Shown one piece after another: positions 39,918 to 49,972 of a stretch of 64,000 nt of DNA; the first letter of the stretch is position 1; every line of letters starts with the position of its first letter. The position numbers were made by a program, and so were the translations under genes. The notes below the pieces were generated by a model, which was given only the letters and a program-made list of their open reading frames with translations, searched no databases and was not told where the DNA came from. Source of the stretch: Candidatus Fermentibacterota bacterium (GTDB lineage: Bacteria; Fermentibacterota; Fermentibacteria; Fermentibacterales; JCC-6); assembly GCA_030592645.1 (NCBI GenBank), contig JAUVIR010000001.1, positions 38,881-102,880 on the forward strand. The letters run 5' to 3'.

Positions 39918-40946
39918 ATGATGAATAAGATGGTTGTTCTGTTCGTTCTGTTCTCATGTTTTTTTCCGTCTTTATTCGCCGGAGAATATGACCAGCTCGT
40001 ACTGGAAGCCTCCAGCAGGATGCTGGACTCGGATTATCATGCTGCACTGGAACTCTACCGGCAAGCCTTCATCGCCGAAGAGGGCGATATCTTTGACCTG
40101 TATAACGCTGCTTGTGCCGCTGCTGTCTGCGAGGATTCCGATGCGGCGTTCATGTATCTCGAAAAGGCAGCCAACAGCATTCTTATCGAAAAGGAGTGGC
40201 TTGAGGAAGACGAAGATCTTCTGAGTCTCCACGCAGACAATCGTTGGAATGCTATAGTTGCATCAATTGATTCCAGGATGGATTCCGTTCTGGCCTCATT
40301 ACCGGAAGAACACCCGGAGGACCCGGTGATTGAATTACCTCAGCCCCGCTTATCAAGCGATGTTTCGGTGGAGGAGGCTATGCAGAACCGGCGTTCATTC
40401 CGTTTCTATGAGGATTCACCACTGACCATCACAGAGATTTCTCAGCTCCTGTGGTCTGCTTACGGGCTGAGCTACCCGGTCGAGAACGCACCGGATTTCC
40501 TGCGAGGCGGCCTCAGAACAGCTCCATCGGCCGGTGCATTGTATCCTCTGGAGTTATACGTTGTTGTCCGTAACGTAACAGATCTCGATCCCGGGATCTA
40601 CCTGTACAGATCCGAGTCGCATGAACTCATACTCATCACAGGTGAGGATAGCTGGGAGGAATTCAGCGAAGCCGGGTTCAATCAGCTTCATTTTGAAACT
40701 GCGGCTGCGGCAATTGTGTATTCTGCTGTTTTTGAAAGGTGTACAGATAAATACGGAGCTCGCGGACGGGAACGTTATGTGTGCATGGATCTCGGTCACT
40801 CGGCAGAAAATGTATACCTTCAGGCTTACGCATTAAACATTGGAACTTGCGCCATCGGTGCCTTCAGCGACATCGCTCTAAAACAGGTGATCCGGATGAC
40901 CAGGGCCGAAGTGCCGCTCTATATCATGCCCCTCGGCAAGGTGTAA
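39918..40946 (+). CDS. Secreted SagB/ThcOx-type nitroreductase-family dehydrogenase with an N-terminal helical (TPR-like) domain.
   Basis: An ATG at 39918 preceded by GGAGG. A signal peptide 'MMNKMVVLFVLFSCFFPSLFA'. The C-terminal segments 'RRSFRFYEDSPLTITEISQLLWSAYGL' and 'APSAGALYPLELYVV...GIYLY' match the SagB-type dehydrogenase domain. Confidence 0.6.
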   Translation: MMNKMVVLFVLFSCFFPSLFAGEYDQLVLEASSRMLDSDYHAALELYRQAFIAEEGDIFDLYNAACAAAVCEDSDAAFMYLEKAANSILIEKEWLEEDEDLLSLHADNRWNAIVASIDSRMDSVLASLPEEHPEDPVIELPQPRLSSDVSVEEAMQNRRSFRFYEDSPLTITEISQLLWSAYGLSYPVENAPDFLRGGLRTAPSAGALYPLELYVVVRNVTDLDPGIYLYRSESHELILITGEDSWEEFSEAGFNQLHFETAAAAIVYSAVFERCTDKYGARGRERYVCMDLGHSAENVYLQAYALNIGTCAIGAFSDIALKQVIRMTRAEVPLYIMPLGKV

Positions 40947-41189
40947 TTTCCTTATATACGCGTATCGGATCGGGTATCCTGATTTGATCTTGCATCTCAA
41001 GTATCTGCATTCTTGAGGGTACACTTATATTACAGGAAACAGAGTATCAGATTTTGCCTGAATGGGAACAACACTACAGGGAATCCTGATCATTATTACC
41101 GCAATTCGAAATATCTATCACTTCCTGAAAATGATGTGATTAACTTGAAATTACCTGCGGCATATATCTTTCGAGAAGGATAAGGTTAT

Positions 41190-44100
41190 ATGAGTAAAAG
41201 GATCGGCATAGACATGGGATCCGTGAGCACTAAGGTCGTACTCATGGACGGAAATACCATCACCTCCGCCACATATAGAAGGCACCACGGTAAACCTGTC
41301 GATTCCCTGGTGGCCATCCTGTCCGATCTTGAGGGCTGGGAGGGAAGCAGGGTTTCGCTCACCGGCAGCTCGGCACAGAGCGCGTCATCAATCGCAGGAT
41401 GCAAGATCATAAATGAGGTAGTTGCGCTCGCGGCTTCAATTCCGCTTTACTGCCCGCAGGTCAGATCAGTGATCGAAATGGGCGGACAGGACTCAAAGCT
41501 CCTTCTTTTCAGTCAGACTCCAAATGGATTGGTCTTTGATGATTTTTCCATGAATTCTGTCTGCGCAGCCGGTACAGGATCATTCTTAGACCAGCAGGCT
41601 TCAAGGCTGGGACTTAAAACTGAAGAACTCGGCGATCTGGCCCTTCAATGCACTCACCCTCCGCGGATAGCAGGGCGATGCAGCGTATTCGCAAAATCTG
41701 ATATGATTCACCTCCAGCAGATAGGTACACCGGTATCCCATATTGTAGCCGGTCTCTGCTTTGCTGTTGCAAGAAATTTTAAAAGTTCTATTGCTTCGGG
41801 AAGGGACTTTCGTCCTCCCGTTGCGTTCGTAGGCGGTGTAGCTGCAAATCAGGGGATGGTCAATGCCTTCCGGGAGGTACTTGGCAGTGAGTTTTCGGAT
41901 CTTATCATACCGGAGAATTACAGATGTCTGACAGCAGCAGGAGCGGCTCTGGCCGCTGATGAGGGCGAGTTCAGTGTAATCGATCACGATTTCACCCGAA
42001 GGCTTCTCAATATTGAAAAAAGGAGCAGTAAGGCTACTGCTCTTCACCCTCTTAAGAGTTACTCTATCATACACCCTCAAAGCAGGGAAATACCTGAAAA
42101 CAGCAGCGAACCGGTCTATTTAGGTATCGACGTCGGCTCCATAAGCACAAACCTCGTAGCTATAGGAGAAACTTCAGGGGATCTTCTAGCATCCGAATAT
42201 CTGATGACTGCAGGAAGACCGCTGGAAGCAGTAAAGAACGGACTTTCAAGGCTTTCCCATACTCTGGGCAGTGACAGGGAGGTTCTCGGAGTCGGTACTA
42301 CGGGCTCTGGGCGCTACATGACAGGTGACTTCACAGGTGCTGATGTAGTTAGAAATGAGATAACAGCCCAGGCACGTGCCGCTGTTGAAATCGATCCTGA
42401 GGTCGATACAATATTCGAGATTGGCGGCCAGGATTCGAAGTACATATCTATTGAGATGGGCAGGGTTGTTGATTTTGAAATGAACAAGGTATGCGCGGCA
42501 GGAACGGGTTCATTCCTTGAAGAGCAGGCGGAGAAGCTAGGTCTGGGTATACGGGAATTCGGACCTCTTGCTATCAGTGCAAATACGCCTTGCAGTCTTG
42601 GAGAGCGCTGCACGGTCTTTATGGAAAGCGATGTCTTTTCCCAGCAGGCTGATGGAGCTTCGGTGGAGGATATTGTCGCCGGGCTGTCATATTCAATTGT
42701 CAAGAACTACCTTCATAGAGTTGTAGGAGAGAAAAAAATAGGCAACCGCATTTTCTTCCAGGGCGGAACAGCATTCAATACGGGTGTTGCGGCTGCATTT
42801 AACGCAATACTGAAAGATAGAAAAGTAATTATCCCCGAAAATCACCACGTTACCGGGGCCATAGGCGCCGCCCTTCTTGCAAAGGAGGAAAAGCCGCCGG
42901 GACCATCGAAATTCAAGGGATTCAAGCTTGCGGATGAAAAGTACAGTCAGAATAGCTTCGTCTGCGAAGAATGCCCGAATCGCTGCGAGATTCACAGTGT
43001 TCTCCTCCATGACGGGAACAAGCTGTTCTATGGAGGAAGGTGTGAGAAGTACGAAACGGAAAGTACTGATTCCATCAAGATCGATCCTGGAACAAATTGG
43101 TTCGTGGAGAGGGAAAAGCTCCTTCTCGAAGGCTACAAGGGCACTATTACAGGAAATAAGGCGCTTGTAGGAATACCCAGAGCTCTCTGGTTCTGGGAGT
43201 TCTTCCCCTTCTTCAGAACTTTTTTCGAGAAGTGCGGTTTTGATGTTATCATTTCCGGTACATCGACCAGCACCCTCATACATTCCGGTGTTGAAAGTGT
43301 AGCAGCAGAAACATGTTTCCCGGTTAAGCTGGCTCACGGACACGTTATGGATCTCCTTGAGAAGAACATTGATTATCTGTTCCTCCCTTCGATGCTGAGA
43401 TCGTTTCCGAATGGTGATTTTACGGAATCCTACAACTGTCCATATATCGAAGCTTCACCCTACATCATCGACGCTGGGCTTGGTCTTTCCTCCGAGGAGA
43501 ATGTCATCACTCTCAGTCCCGTGCTTGATTTCTCCCTTCAGGGTAGGGAATGGATGAATGGTCTGCTGGAAATGACCGCCGGCCTTGGCATTAATGCATC
43601 TACTGCCAGAAAAGCCGCTGCAGAAGCTAAAAGAGCACATCTACATTTCAGAGATTCTCTCCTCGAAGCGGGAAGAAAAGCATTTGCGGAAATTGGTGAA
43701 AATCAGCCTGCCTTCGTAATAATCAGCAGACCATACAATGGAGCAGACCCTGCAGTTAACGTCGACCTTCCAGACAAGCTGGCGAATCTTGGAGCATCGG
43801 TGATACCAACGGACTTTCTGGATCTTCCCCTCAAACGCGCTGCGGAGCTGCACAGGAATATGTACTGGCAGTACGGTCAGAGGATTATAGCAGCGGCACT
43901 TGCGATAAGAGAAGATCCAAGACTTAACGGCATATACATCACCAATTTCGGTTGTGGTCCTGATTCTTTCATTCAGCACGAAGTAGCAAGAATAATGGGT
44001 GACAAACCGATGCTGACCATAGAAATCGATGAACACGCCGCCGATGCTGGTGTAATAACCAGATGCGAAGCCTTCATGGATGCGATCAGGGGGAGAAGAG

Positions 44101-45383
44101 ATCATGGAACTTCACCTTTCTGCCAGCATCTCGGGAACAGGAACATGGATATCGGTGACAGGACGGTGTGGATCCCATGGCTTGGTGATCCAACCCGGAT
44201 AGCCGTTGCCGCGGCCAGCAAACATGGTGTTAAAGTCCAACAGATCCCTGCCACGAACAGAGATTCCGTTGCACTTGGCCGCTCCGTAACAACCGGCAAG
44301 GAATGCTATCCCGCGATAATAACCGCGGGGAACATGCTTTCCGTTTTAAAGGATAACGATCCTTCGAAAACTGCCTTCTTCATCGCCACCGCCTCTGGAC
44401 CGTGCCGCTTCGGTCAGTACTGCAGTTATCACAGGATACTGCTTGACAGGCTGGGTTACGAAGATGTTCCCATAATTACCGCAACTTCAAGCGATTCGTA
44501 TACATCTATCAAAGAACTCTCTACTGTAGCATTCCAGATGGATATGCTCCGGGCTGCCGTGGCCGGCGATGTTCTGAAAAGCGCTCTTTACAGAGTCCGT
44601 CCATACGAACTCGAAAAAGGATCGGCTGACATTGTACTGGATAAGTATCTAGCCGCAACTTCAGAAGCCATGCGAAGCGGAGGATCACTGATTCCTGTGC
44701 TTTGCGAAGCGGCATCGGAATTCATGAAAATTCAGAGAAGGGATGTTCCTAAACCCCTGATACTTATGTTCGGTGAGATTTATGTAAGGAATGATCCCTT
44801 CGCGCACTCCAATACAGATCTCCGTATTGAAGCCCTCGGCGGGGAAGTTCTGTATACTCCCCTGATGGAGTGGTTCGAATACGTAAATCATTCCTTCATA
44901 AGTAAATCAAAAGATAGAAAACAGCTGGTTGACCTTATCAAGGGTTACTCAAAAATGAAGATAATGAAGAAGCTCCGAAAGAAACTTGAAGCTCCGTTTG
45001 CCGATTTCCTCTCAGACCGTCCCGGGCTTGAACCTGCAGAGATAATGGAAGCGGCAAAGCCTTATATGAAGGAGAACATAGGTGGGGAAGCTATCCTCTG
45101 TGTGGGCGCTCCTCTTGCATTCAATCAAAAAGCAGCTATAGATGGCGCTATTAATATCTTTCCCTTCACATGCCTGCCCGGAACCGTCGTGACCGCGATA
45201 AGCAAGAAGATAAGAAAGGAACATAGGAATCTTCCATGGCTGAACATGGCATTCGACGGCCAGGAGGACACCGATAACGAAGCGAGACTTCAGGCCTTCA
45301 TGTATCAGGTCAAGCTGAATTTCAGGGTCAGATCGGAGAACGTACCGGACAGCTCAGTACAGGCAGTTAAGATCGAGAAGTAA
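41190..45383 (+). CDS. Giant fusion protein: a tandem pair of BadF/BadG/BcrA/BcrD (HgdC-like) CoA-enzyme-activase ATPase domains fused to a DUF2229 domain and a 2-hydroxyacyl-CoA-dehydratase (HgdB-like) domain.
   Basis: Two ASKHA ATPase modules start at 'RIGIDMGSVSTKVVLMD' and 'VYLGIDVGSISTNLVAI'. Each has 'CAAGTGSFL' and 'GGQDSK' blocks and the cluster Cys ('RCSVFAKSD' / 'RCTVFMESD'). There is a 'CEECPNRCEI' Cys cluster, and the C-terminal roughly 600 aa resemble the dehydratase D-component. Confidence 0.7.
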   Translation: MSKRIGIDMGSVSTKVVLMDGNTITSATYRRHHGKPVDSLVAILSDLEGWEGSRVSLTGSSAQSASSIAGCKIINEVVALAASIPLYCPQVRSVIEMGGQDSKLLLFSQTPNGLVFDDFSMNSVCAAGTGSFLDQQASRLGLKTEELGDLALQCTHPPRIAGRCSVFAKSDMIHLQQIGTPVSHIVAGLCFAVARNFKSSIASGRDFRPPVAFVGGVAANQGMVNAFREVLGSEFSDLIIPENYRCLTAAGAALAADEGEFSVIDHDFTRRLLNIEKRSSKATALHPLKSYSIIHPQSREIPENSSEPVYLGIDVGSISTNLVAIGETSGDLLASEYLMTAGRPLEAVKNGLSRLSHTLGSDREVLGVGTTGSGRYMTGDFTGADVVRNEITAQARAAVEIDPEVDTIFEIGGQDSKYISIEMGRVVDFEMNKVCAAGTGSFLEEQAEKLGLGIREFGPLAISANTPCSLGERCTVFMESDVFSQQADGASVEDIVAGLSYSIVKNYLHRVVGEKKIGNRIFFQGGTAFNTGVAAAFNAILKDRKVIIPENHHVTGAIGAALLAKEEKPPGPSKFKGFKLADEKYSQNSFVCEECPNRCEIHSVLLHDGNKLFYGGRCEKYETESTDSIKIDPGTNWFVEREKLLLEGYKGTITGNKALVGIPRALWFWEFFPFFRTFFEKCGFDVIISGTSTSTLIHSGVESVAAETCFPVKLAHGHVMDLLEKNIDYLFLPSMLRSFPNGDFTESYNCPYIEASPYIIDAGLGLSSEENVITLSPVLDFSLQGREWMNGLLEMTAGLGINASTARKAAAEAKRAHLHFRDSLLEAGRKAFAEIGENQPAFVIISRPYNGADPAVNVDLPDKLANLGASVIPTDFLDLPLKRAAELHRNMYWQYGQRIIAAALAIREDPRLNGIYITNFGCGPDSFIQHEVARIMGDKPMLTIEIDEHAADAGVITRCEAFMDAIRGRRDHGTSPFCQHLGNRNMDIGDRTVWIPWLGDPTRIAVAAASKHGVKVQQIPATNRDSVALGRSVTTGKECYPAIITAGNMLSVLKDNDPSKTAFFIATASGPCRFGQYCSYHRILLDRLGYEDVPIITATSSDSYTSIKELSTVAFQMDMLRAAVAGDVLKSALYRVRPYELEKGSADIVLDKYLAATSEAMRSGGSLIPVLCEAASEFMKIQRRDVPKPLILMFGEIYVRNDPFAHSNTDLRIEALGGEVLYTPLMEWFEYVNHSFISKSKDRKQLVDLIKGYSKMKIMKKLRKKLEAPFADFLSDRPGLEPAEIMEAAKPYMKENIGGEAILCVGAPLAFNQKAAIDGAINIFPFTCLPGTVVTAISKKIRKEHRNLPWLNMAFDGQEDTDNEARLQAFMYQVKLNFRVRSENVPDSSVQAVKIEK

Positions 45384-45402
45384 CACTGAAAGTGCAGGAA
45401 TC

Positions 45403-46692
45403 ATGAAAACCGAAAATTGTATACCGGACCTTCTTTCCTTTCTTGACAGTTCACCTACAGCCTCCGCTGCTGTCATGCACCTGGCATCAATACTCGACAA
45501 GAACGGTTTTAAAAGGCTGGAAGAGGGTGATTCATGGAACATCGGAATGAATGAAAGGTTTTATACCATTCGTTCCTCGTCATCCATTGTAGCGGGTATA
45601 ACAGGTACTGAGCCCTGCGGAACAACAGGATGCAGGATAATCGGCGCTCACACGGATTTTCCTGGTTTCAGGATAAAACCGCAGGCGGACAGAAAAAAAG
45701 AGAATACCACCGTCCTTGGAGTTGAATTGTACGGCAGCCCCATACTGGCAACCTGGTTCGACAGGGACCTTTCGCTTGCAGGAGCACTTGCCGTTCGAAA
45801 AGATGATACCATTTCCCGAAAGCCGTTCATTATCAGAAAACCTATCTTCCGTATGCCGTCTCCGGCTATACATATCGAAAGAGAGATCAACAAAAAGGGT
45901 TTCAAGGTTAATTACGAGAATAATACACCGCTGCTTTTCTCCTCTTCAGGTGCTGCATTCGACGATGTGCTGCTGCTTGCATGCAGATCAGCAGAAGTTG
46001 ACAGGGATTCAGTTTCGGGATGGTCCATGGAAGTGTGGGATCCGCAGCCAGCTGCCATCGGTGGTATTTATGATGATTTCATTTTCTCCGGCAGGCTCGA
46101 TAATCTCACGATGTGTCATGCGGCGATTGAAGCCATCCTGGCTTCTAAAGAGTCCTCCGAGACAAGGCTAGTCAGCCTTTTCAACAGCGAAGAGGTGGGA
46201 TCAAAAACTCTCAACGGAGCCGCTTCAGCATTCCTTGATTCGGTCATAGAGCGTCTTGCAGGGGGGAGGGATGAGTATTTCAGATGTCTTGCAAAGAGTA
46301 TTCAGGTTTCCGCAGATGGGGCGCACGCTGTACATCCAAATTACGCAGATAAGCATGACCCCGGATGCCGTCCTGTTCTGAACGGAGGCCCTGTTATTAA
46401 AGTGAACGCCGCGGAGAAATACACGACCAGCGATGTAACATCCGCCTATTTCAGAACCTGTGCCCAGAGATCAGGTGTAGATATCCAGTACTTCGTCAGC
46501 AGGAACGATATGCCGTGCGGAAGTACGATAGGGCCCATAACATCCACCAGAACAGGCATAAGAAGCGTTGATGTGGGTAACCCGATGCTCTCAATGCACT
46601 CCGTGCGCGAAATGGCCGGCAAATCTGATCATGCTTGTATGATAAAGGTTCTGACTGAACATTTAAGCGGATCTGTGAGTATCAGAGATTAA
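45403..46692 (+). CDS. M18-family aminopeptidase (aspartyl aminopeptidase-like).
   Basis: 'IGAHTDFPGFRIKP', 'FNSEEVGS' and 'DMPCGSTIGP' match the M18 metal-binding blocks. Confidence 0.8.
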   Translation: MKTENCIPDLLSFLDSSPTASAAVMHLASILDKNGFKRLEEGDSWNIGMNERFYTIRSSSSIVAGITGTEPCGTTGCRIIGAHTDFPGFRIKPQADRKKENTTVLGVELYGSPILATWFDRDLSLAGALAVRKDDTISRKPFIIRKPIFRMPSPAIHIEREINKKGFKVNYENNTPLLFSSSGAAFDDVLLLACRSAEVDRDSVSGWSMEVWDPQPAAIGGIYDDFIFSGRLDNLTMCHAAIEAILASKESSETRLVSLFNSEEVGSKTLNGAASAFLDSVIERLAGGRDEYFRCLAKSIQVSADGAHAVHPNYADKHDPGCRPVLNGGPVIKVNAAEKYTTSDVTSAYFRTCAQRSGVDIQYFVSRNDMPCGSTIGPITSTRTGIRSVDVGNPMLSMHSVREMAGKSDHACMIKVLTEHLSGSVSIRD

Positions 46693-46701
46693 TTACATCG
46701 A

Positions 46702-47055
46702 TTATCTGAATTCCACCAGGCAGATGATGTTTCCATCAGGATCCTGGCAGTAAAGGTAACTGTTACCGAAGGCATTTATCTTATCATGCATAATCCTACC
46801 TCCAGCTGCTCTGATCCTTTCAACCGTTTCATCGATGGATGGAACTGATACGGCGATTGAAATATGCCTGTCCATCGGTGAATCATCGCTACGGTAAACA
46901 GAGCAGTTTACTCCCGGACCCTTGCCCGAGTCCATTCTCCAGCCATCCGGAGGGTTTGGAAACTTGGTGACGCTCCAGTTGAACGTTTCGCGGTAGAATT
47001 CAGTGATCCTGTCAGGCTCATCCGACGTAATTTTAACATGAATAATTCTGTTCAT
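46702..47055 (-). CDS. VOC-family (glyoxalase/bleomycin-resistance fold) protein.
   Basis: 117 aa. 'IIHVKITSDEPDRITEFYRETFNW' and 'YCQDPDGNIICLVE' are typical beta-alpha-beta-beta-beta modules. Confidence 0.7.
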   Translation of the reverse strand: MNRIIHVKITSDEPDRITEFYRETFNWSVTKFPNPPDGWRMDSGKGPGVNCSVYRSDDSPMDRHISIAVSVPSIDETVERIRAAGGRIMHDKINAFGNSYLYCQDPDGNIICLVEFR

Positions 47056-47123
47056 AACATTTCCTCCTTGGATATGCTAGAATAACCGATTCTGAACTTC
47101 ACAGTCAACTGCAGGACAAAGTG

Positions 47124-47996
47124 CTAAAAATCCATCCTTCTGAATTTCCAGTACCCTATCGAGAGAAGAACAAGACTCCAGAAAAAGGCGTATACAAGAT
47201 GCAGGGAGGGAACGCTTGCGGTAACACCGAAAAAGGCGAGATTCTCCGTTATTACGGCATCTGCCGGAATAAGACCGTATAGTACACCTCTGTATCCTCT
47301 GTCTGCTGGGAATACGTAAATGACTGTGTGCGTTATCGTTTCCAGAGCTTTGGGCGTTTCTCCTGGAAACATCTTCATTATCTCATACAATCCGCCGAAA
47401 AGTGAAGCCACCGAGGAGAGAAAAAAGACGATAAGCATTGAAGCGATCTTTTTCAGTACAAGTGAAAGCAGCATTACCGCAGCCCAGACAACAGTAAGCC
47501 ACGCAAGCATGGAAATGAAAACAAAAGGAATGTTTCTCGCGGTGAACGGAAAGTAGATGGATGTTATTAAGAATATTCCACCGAACAGTATCAGCGCAAG
47601 AGCGTAGGATACAGCCAGGGGGGCAAGACCAAGAGAAAGGTAGACCTTGAGTCTTGTCTGTGGAAGCGAAAGCCAGAAGGGCATTCGTCCCTGTCCGATC
47701 TCCTCGGGCAGCATTGTGGACCCTATAACTATGATAAGGGCTGTCACCAGCGTCGCGGCGAGCGGGCCGGCGGTTAAAATAGCGGCCAGGGCGGCATCTT
47801 CAGGTCCCAGCATGTCTACTGCCATATCAGCCTCTCCATGCCCCATGCTCAGATCAGCTGAGGAAGCCGCCGAGACACCCCACCAGTACAATCCGAGAAA
47901 CGCAACTGTTGCAATAGCTGCGGTCAGTACGATCTTCCTTCTGAGAAGCTGCTCTATACCGTTAAGAAACAATATCGTCCCCCTGTTCCGAATCAT
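47124..47996 (-). CDS. ABC-2-type transporter permease.
   Basis: Seven hydrophobic helices. It overlaps the upstream ATPase gene. Confidence 0.65.
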   Translation of the reverse strand: MIRNRGTILFLNGIEQLLRRKIVLTAAIATVAFLGLYWWGVSAASSADLSMGHGEADMAVDMLGPEDAALAAILTAGPLAATLVTALIIVIGSTMLPEEIGQGRMPFWLSLPQTRLKVYLSLGLAPLAVSYALALILFGGIFLITSIYFPFTARNIPFVFISMLAWLTVVWAAVMLLSLVLKKIASMLIVFFLSSVASLFGGLYEIMKMFPGETPKALETITHTVIYVFPADRGYRGVLYGLIPADAVITENLAFFGVTASVPSLHLVYAFFWSLVLLSIGYWKFRRMDF

Positions 47997-48888
47997 TCTG
48001 CATGATCCTCAGGAACACATCCTCCAGGCTTTCCCTCATCTGGTTCATTCCTGTGAATCGTATACCGGTATCAAGCACCGATCGAGCCAAATCGGGAAAT
48101 GAGGAGGGATCCGGGAGTTCAGCAACAACACCTTTTGATTCCTTGCGGCAGGAATACCCCAGCTTCTCAAGGGAGAGCTTCATATTATCGGCATTGTCGG
48201 TCTCGATGTATGCCAGACCGGTCTGTCTGGATAGGGAATCCAGTTCACCCTCCGCGATTAGTCTGCCCCGGCTGATGAAGGTTGCAGTATCACAAACCCT
48301 CTCAACTTCTCCTAGAAGGTGAGAATTTATCAATACAGTAGCACCTTCTGAAGAAAGGTTCCGTATCAGGTTCCGTACGAGTATCCTTCCGCCGGGATCC
48401 AGGCCGGAAGATGGTTCATCGAGCAGCACAAGGTCAGGTTTTCCTGCTGTAACAAGTGAGAGAGCAACCCGCTGTTTCTGGCCCCTGGACATCTTACCAA
48501 GGGGTCTTTTCATGAGATCAGCACATTCAAGCTCAATGCAGCGTTGTCGGAATTCCTCTGTGGAAGATTCATGTCTGATGCGTTCCAGCTGCCGAAACAG
48601 AACCTCCGGTGTAGCCCATGATGGAAACGTAACGTTCTCGGGCAGGTATCTGACATTTCTTCGTGAAAGTGGAGAAGATACGGGAAGATCATAAATAGTC
48701 ACTGATCCCGAATCGGACCCCACAAGACCCAGAAGGATCTTCATGAGAGTCGTTTTTCCCGCTCCATTGGGGCCAAGCAGCGAGAAAATGGAACCGGAGG
48801 ATACTGACAGGCTGAAACCCGAAAGCGCCTGCACTTTCCTGAATGATTTTGAGATATTATCGACTCTTATCAGAATATCTTTTTCCAA
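47962..48888 (-). CDS. ABC transporter ATP-binding protein.
   Basis: Walker A 'GPNGAGKTTLMK', the signature 'MSRGQKQRVALS', and Walker B 'LVLLDEPSSGLD'. Confidence 0.9.
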   Translation of the reverse strand: MEKDILIRVDNISKSFRKVQALSGFSLSVSSGSIFSLLGPNGAGKTTLMKILLGLVGSDSGSVTIYDLPVSSPLSRRNVRYLPENVTFPSWATPEVLFRQLERIRHESSTEEFRQRCIELECADLMKRPLGKMSRGQKQRVALSLVTAGKPDLVLLDEPSSGLDPGGRILVRNLIRNLSSEGATVLINSHLLGEVERVCDTATFISRGRLIAEGELDSLSRQTGLAYIETDNADNMKLSLEKLGYSCRKESKGVVAELPDPSSFPDLARSVLDTGIRFTGMNQMRESLEDVFLRIMQNDSEQGDDIVS

Positions 48889-48943
48889 GAATGCAATCCT
48901 TTAGTATATATCTGCTAACTTTACTTTAAAAGAACAGGACAGC

Positions 48944-49951
48944 TTGAAATATAGTAAAAAGACATCAAGTGTGCTTCTGGGAACGGCCTTCGGGCTTGTA
49001 ACAGCATGGCTTCTATTAAGATACTCAGTCGGCAGCGGCGGTATCGGCAGCGCAATAAGCAACATTTTCAGCAGGGTCGCACAGACTGACATACTACTTC
49101 TTCTTGCAGCTTTTCTGCTCTTTCTTTCCAGTCAGATACTCAGGGCATTCAGATGGATCCTACTCAGCTTCGGAAAGAAACCCCGCCTGACCCTTTCAAT
49201 GGCGGTAACAGCGATACACGTTGGACTTGGGCATCTTCTGCCTTTCAGACTTGCCGATGTTGCCTTTGTAGGTCTCTTCAGACATTTCGGGAAAGTTCCT
49301 GTGGGACATGGAACCGCTAAAGTGTTCCTGGCTAAGCTTCTTGATCTGATGGCAATGGGTGTTGTTATCGGCTCGGCAGTTGCGGCAGGCGCGGGGGAGA
49401 TGGCTTTTATTGCTCCGCTTCTTCTTCTAGCGGGATTCCTGGGTATAGTCTTCATGTCCTCTCTTCTGCGAGCAGTGCAGAAACCGCTCCTCTGGATTCT
49501 TGAGCGGATACTGCACATTCATAAAACACAATGGTTCGATGATCTTATTGAAGCTTCATCAGTCAGGAACAGGAAGGGGAAACTTGCTGCAGCTTTTCTT
49601 GTTTCCATACTCGTCTGGGTTACCAAGCTGACGATGTTCTGTTTTCTTCTGGAAGCCCTCGGAGTTACTGGAGTTCCAGGGTGGAAAGTCTTCCTGGCAA
49701 GCGGAGTTACAAATATAATAATGGCACTTCCTATTAACGGACTGTTCAGTATAGGAACCGTTGAGGCCGGATGGACAGCAGGGTTCGCAATGGTCGGGAT
49801 CGAAGGTCTTGTGATCTCTAATATGAACATCGTTGAATTAGGTTTCAGTGTACATATACTCTGGACACTTATGGCAATCCTTATGATGATAATGGCAATT
49901 CCACTGCTGTGGATCGACTCTAAATTGAAAAGCCGGAGCAATGTTAACTGA
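48944..49951 (+). CDS. Membrane protein of the UPF0104 / lysyl-phosphatidylglycerol-synthase-TM (flippase-like) family.
   Basis: Eight TM helices. 'ILRAFRWILL' and 'HVGLGHLLPFRLADV' match the pfam03706-type pattern. The start codon is uncertain (TTG or GTG). Confidence 0.5.
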   Translation: MKYSKKTSSVLLGTAFGLVTAWLLLRYSVGSGGIGSAISNIFSRVAQTDILLLLAAFLLFLSSQILRAFRWILLSFGKKPRLTLSMAVTAIHVGLGHLLPFRLADVAFVGLFRHFGKVPVGHGTAKVFLAKLLDLMAMGVVIGSAVAAGAGEMAFIAPLLLLAGFLGIVFMSSLLRAVQKPLLWILERILHIHKTQWFDDLIEASSVRNRKGKLAAAFLVSILVWVTKLTMFCFLLEALGVTGVPGWKVFLASGVTNIIMALPINGLFSIGTVEAGWTAGFAMVGIEGLVISNMNIVELGFSVHILWTLMAILMMIMAIPLLWIDSKLKSRSNVN

Positions 49952-49972
49952 ATCACCTCTAGGGGTCTCACA

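Noticed and set aside
39849-41189. A possible TOMM/RiPP biosynthetic cluster around the SagB-type dehydrogenase.
   Set aside because: There is no YcaO cyclodehydratase, no E1-like partner and no short Cys/Ser/Thr-rich precursor ORF in the flanking region. The dehydrogenase also appears to be exported.
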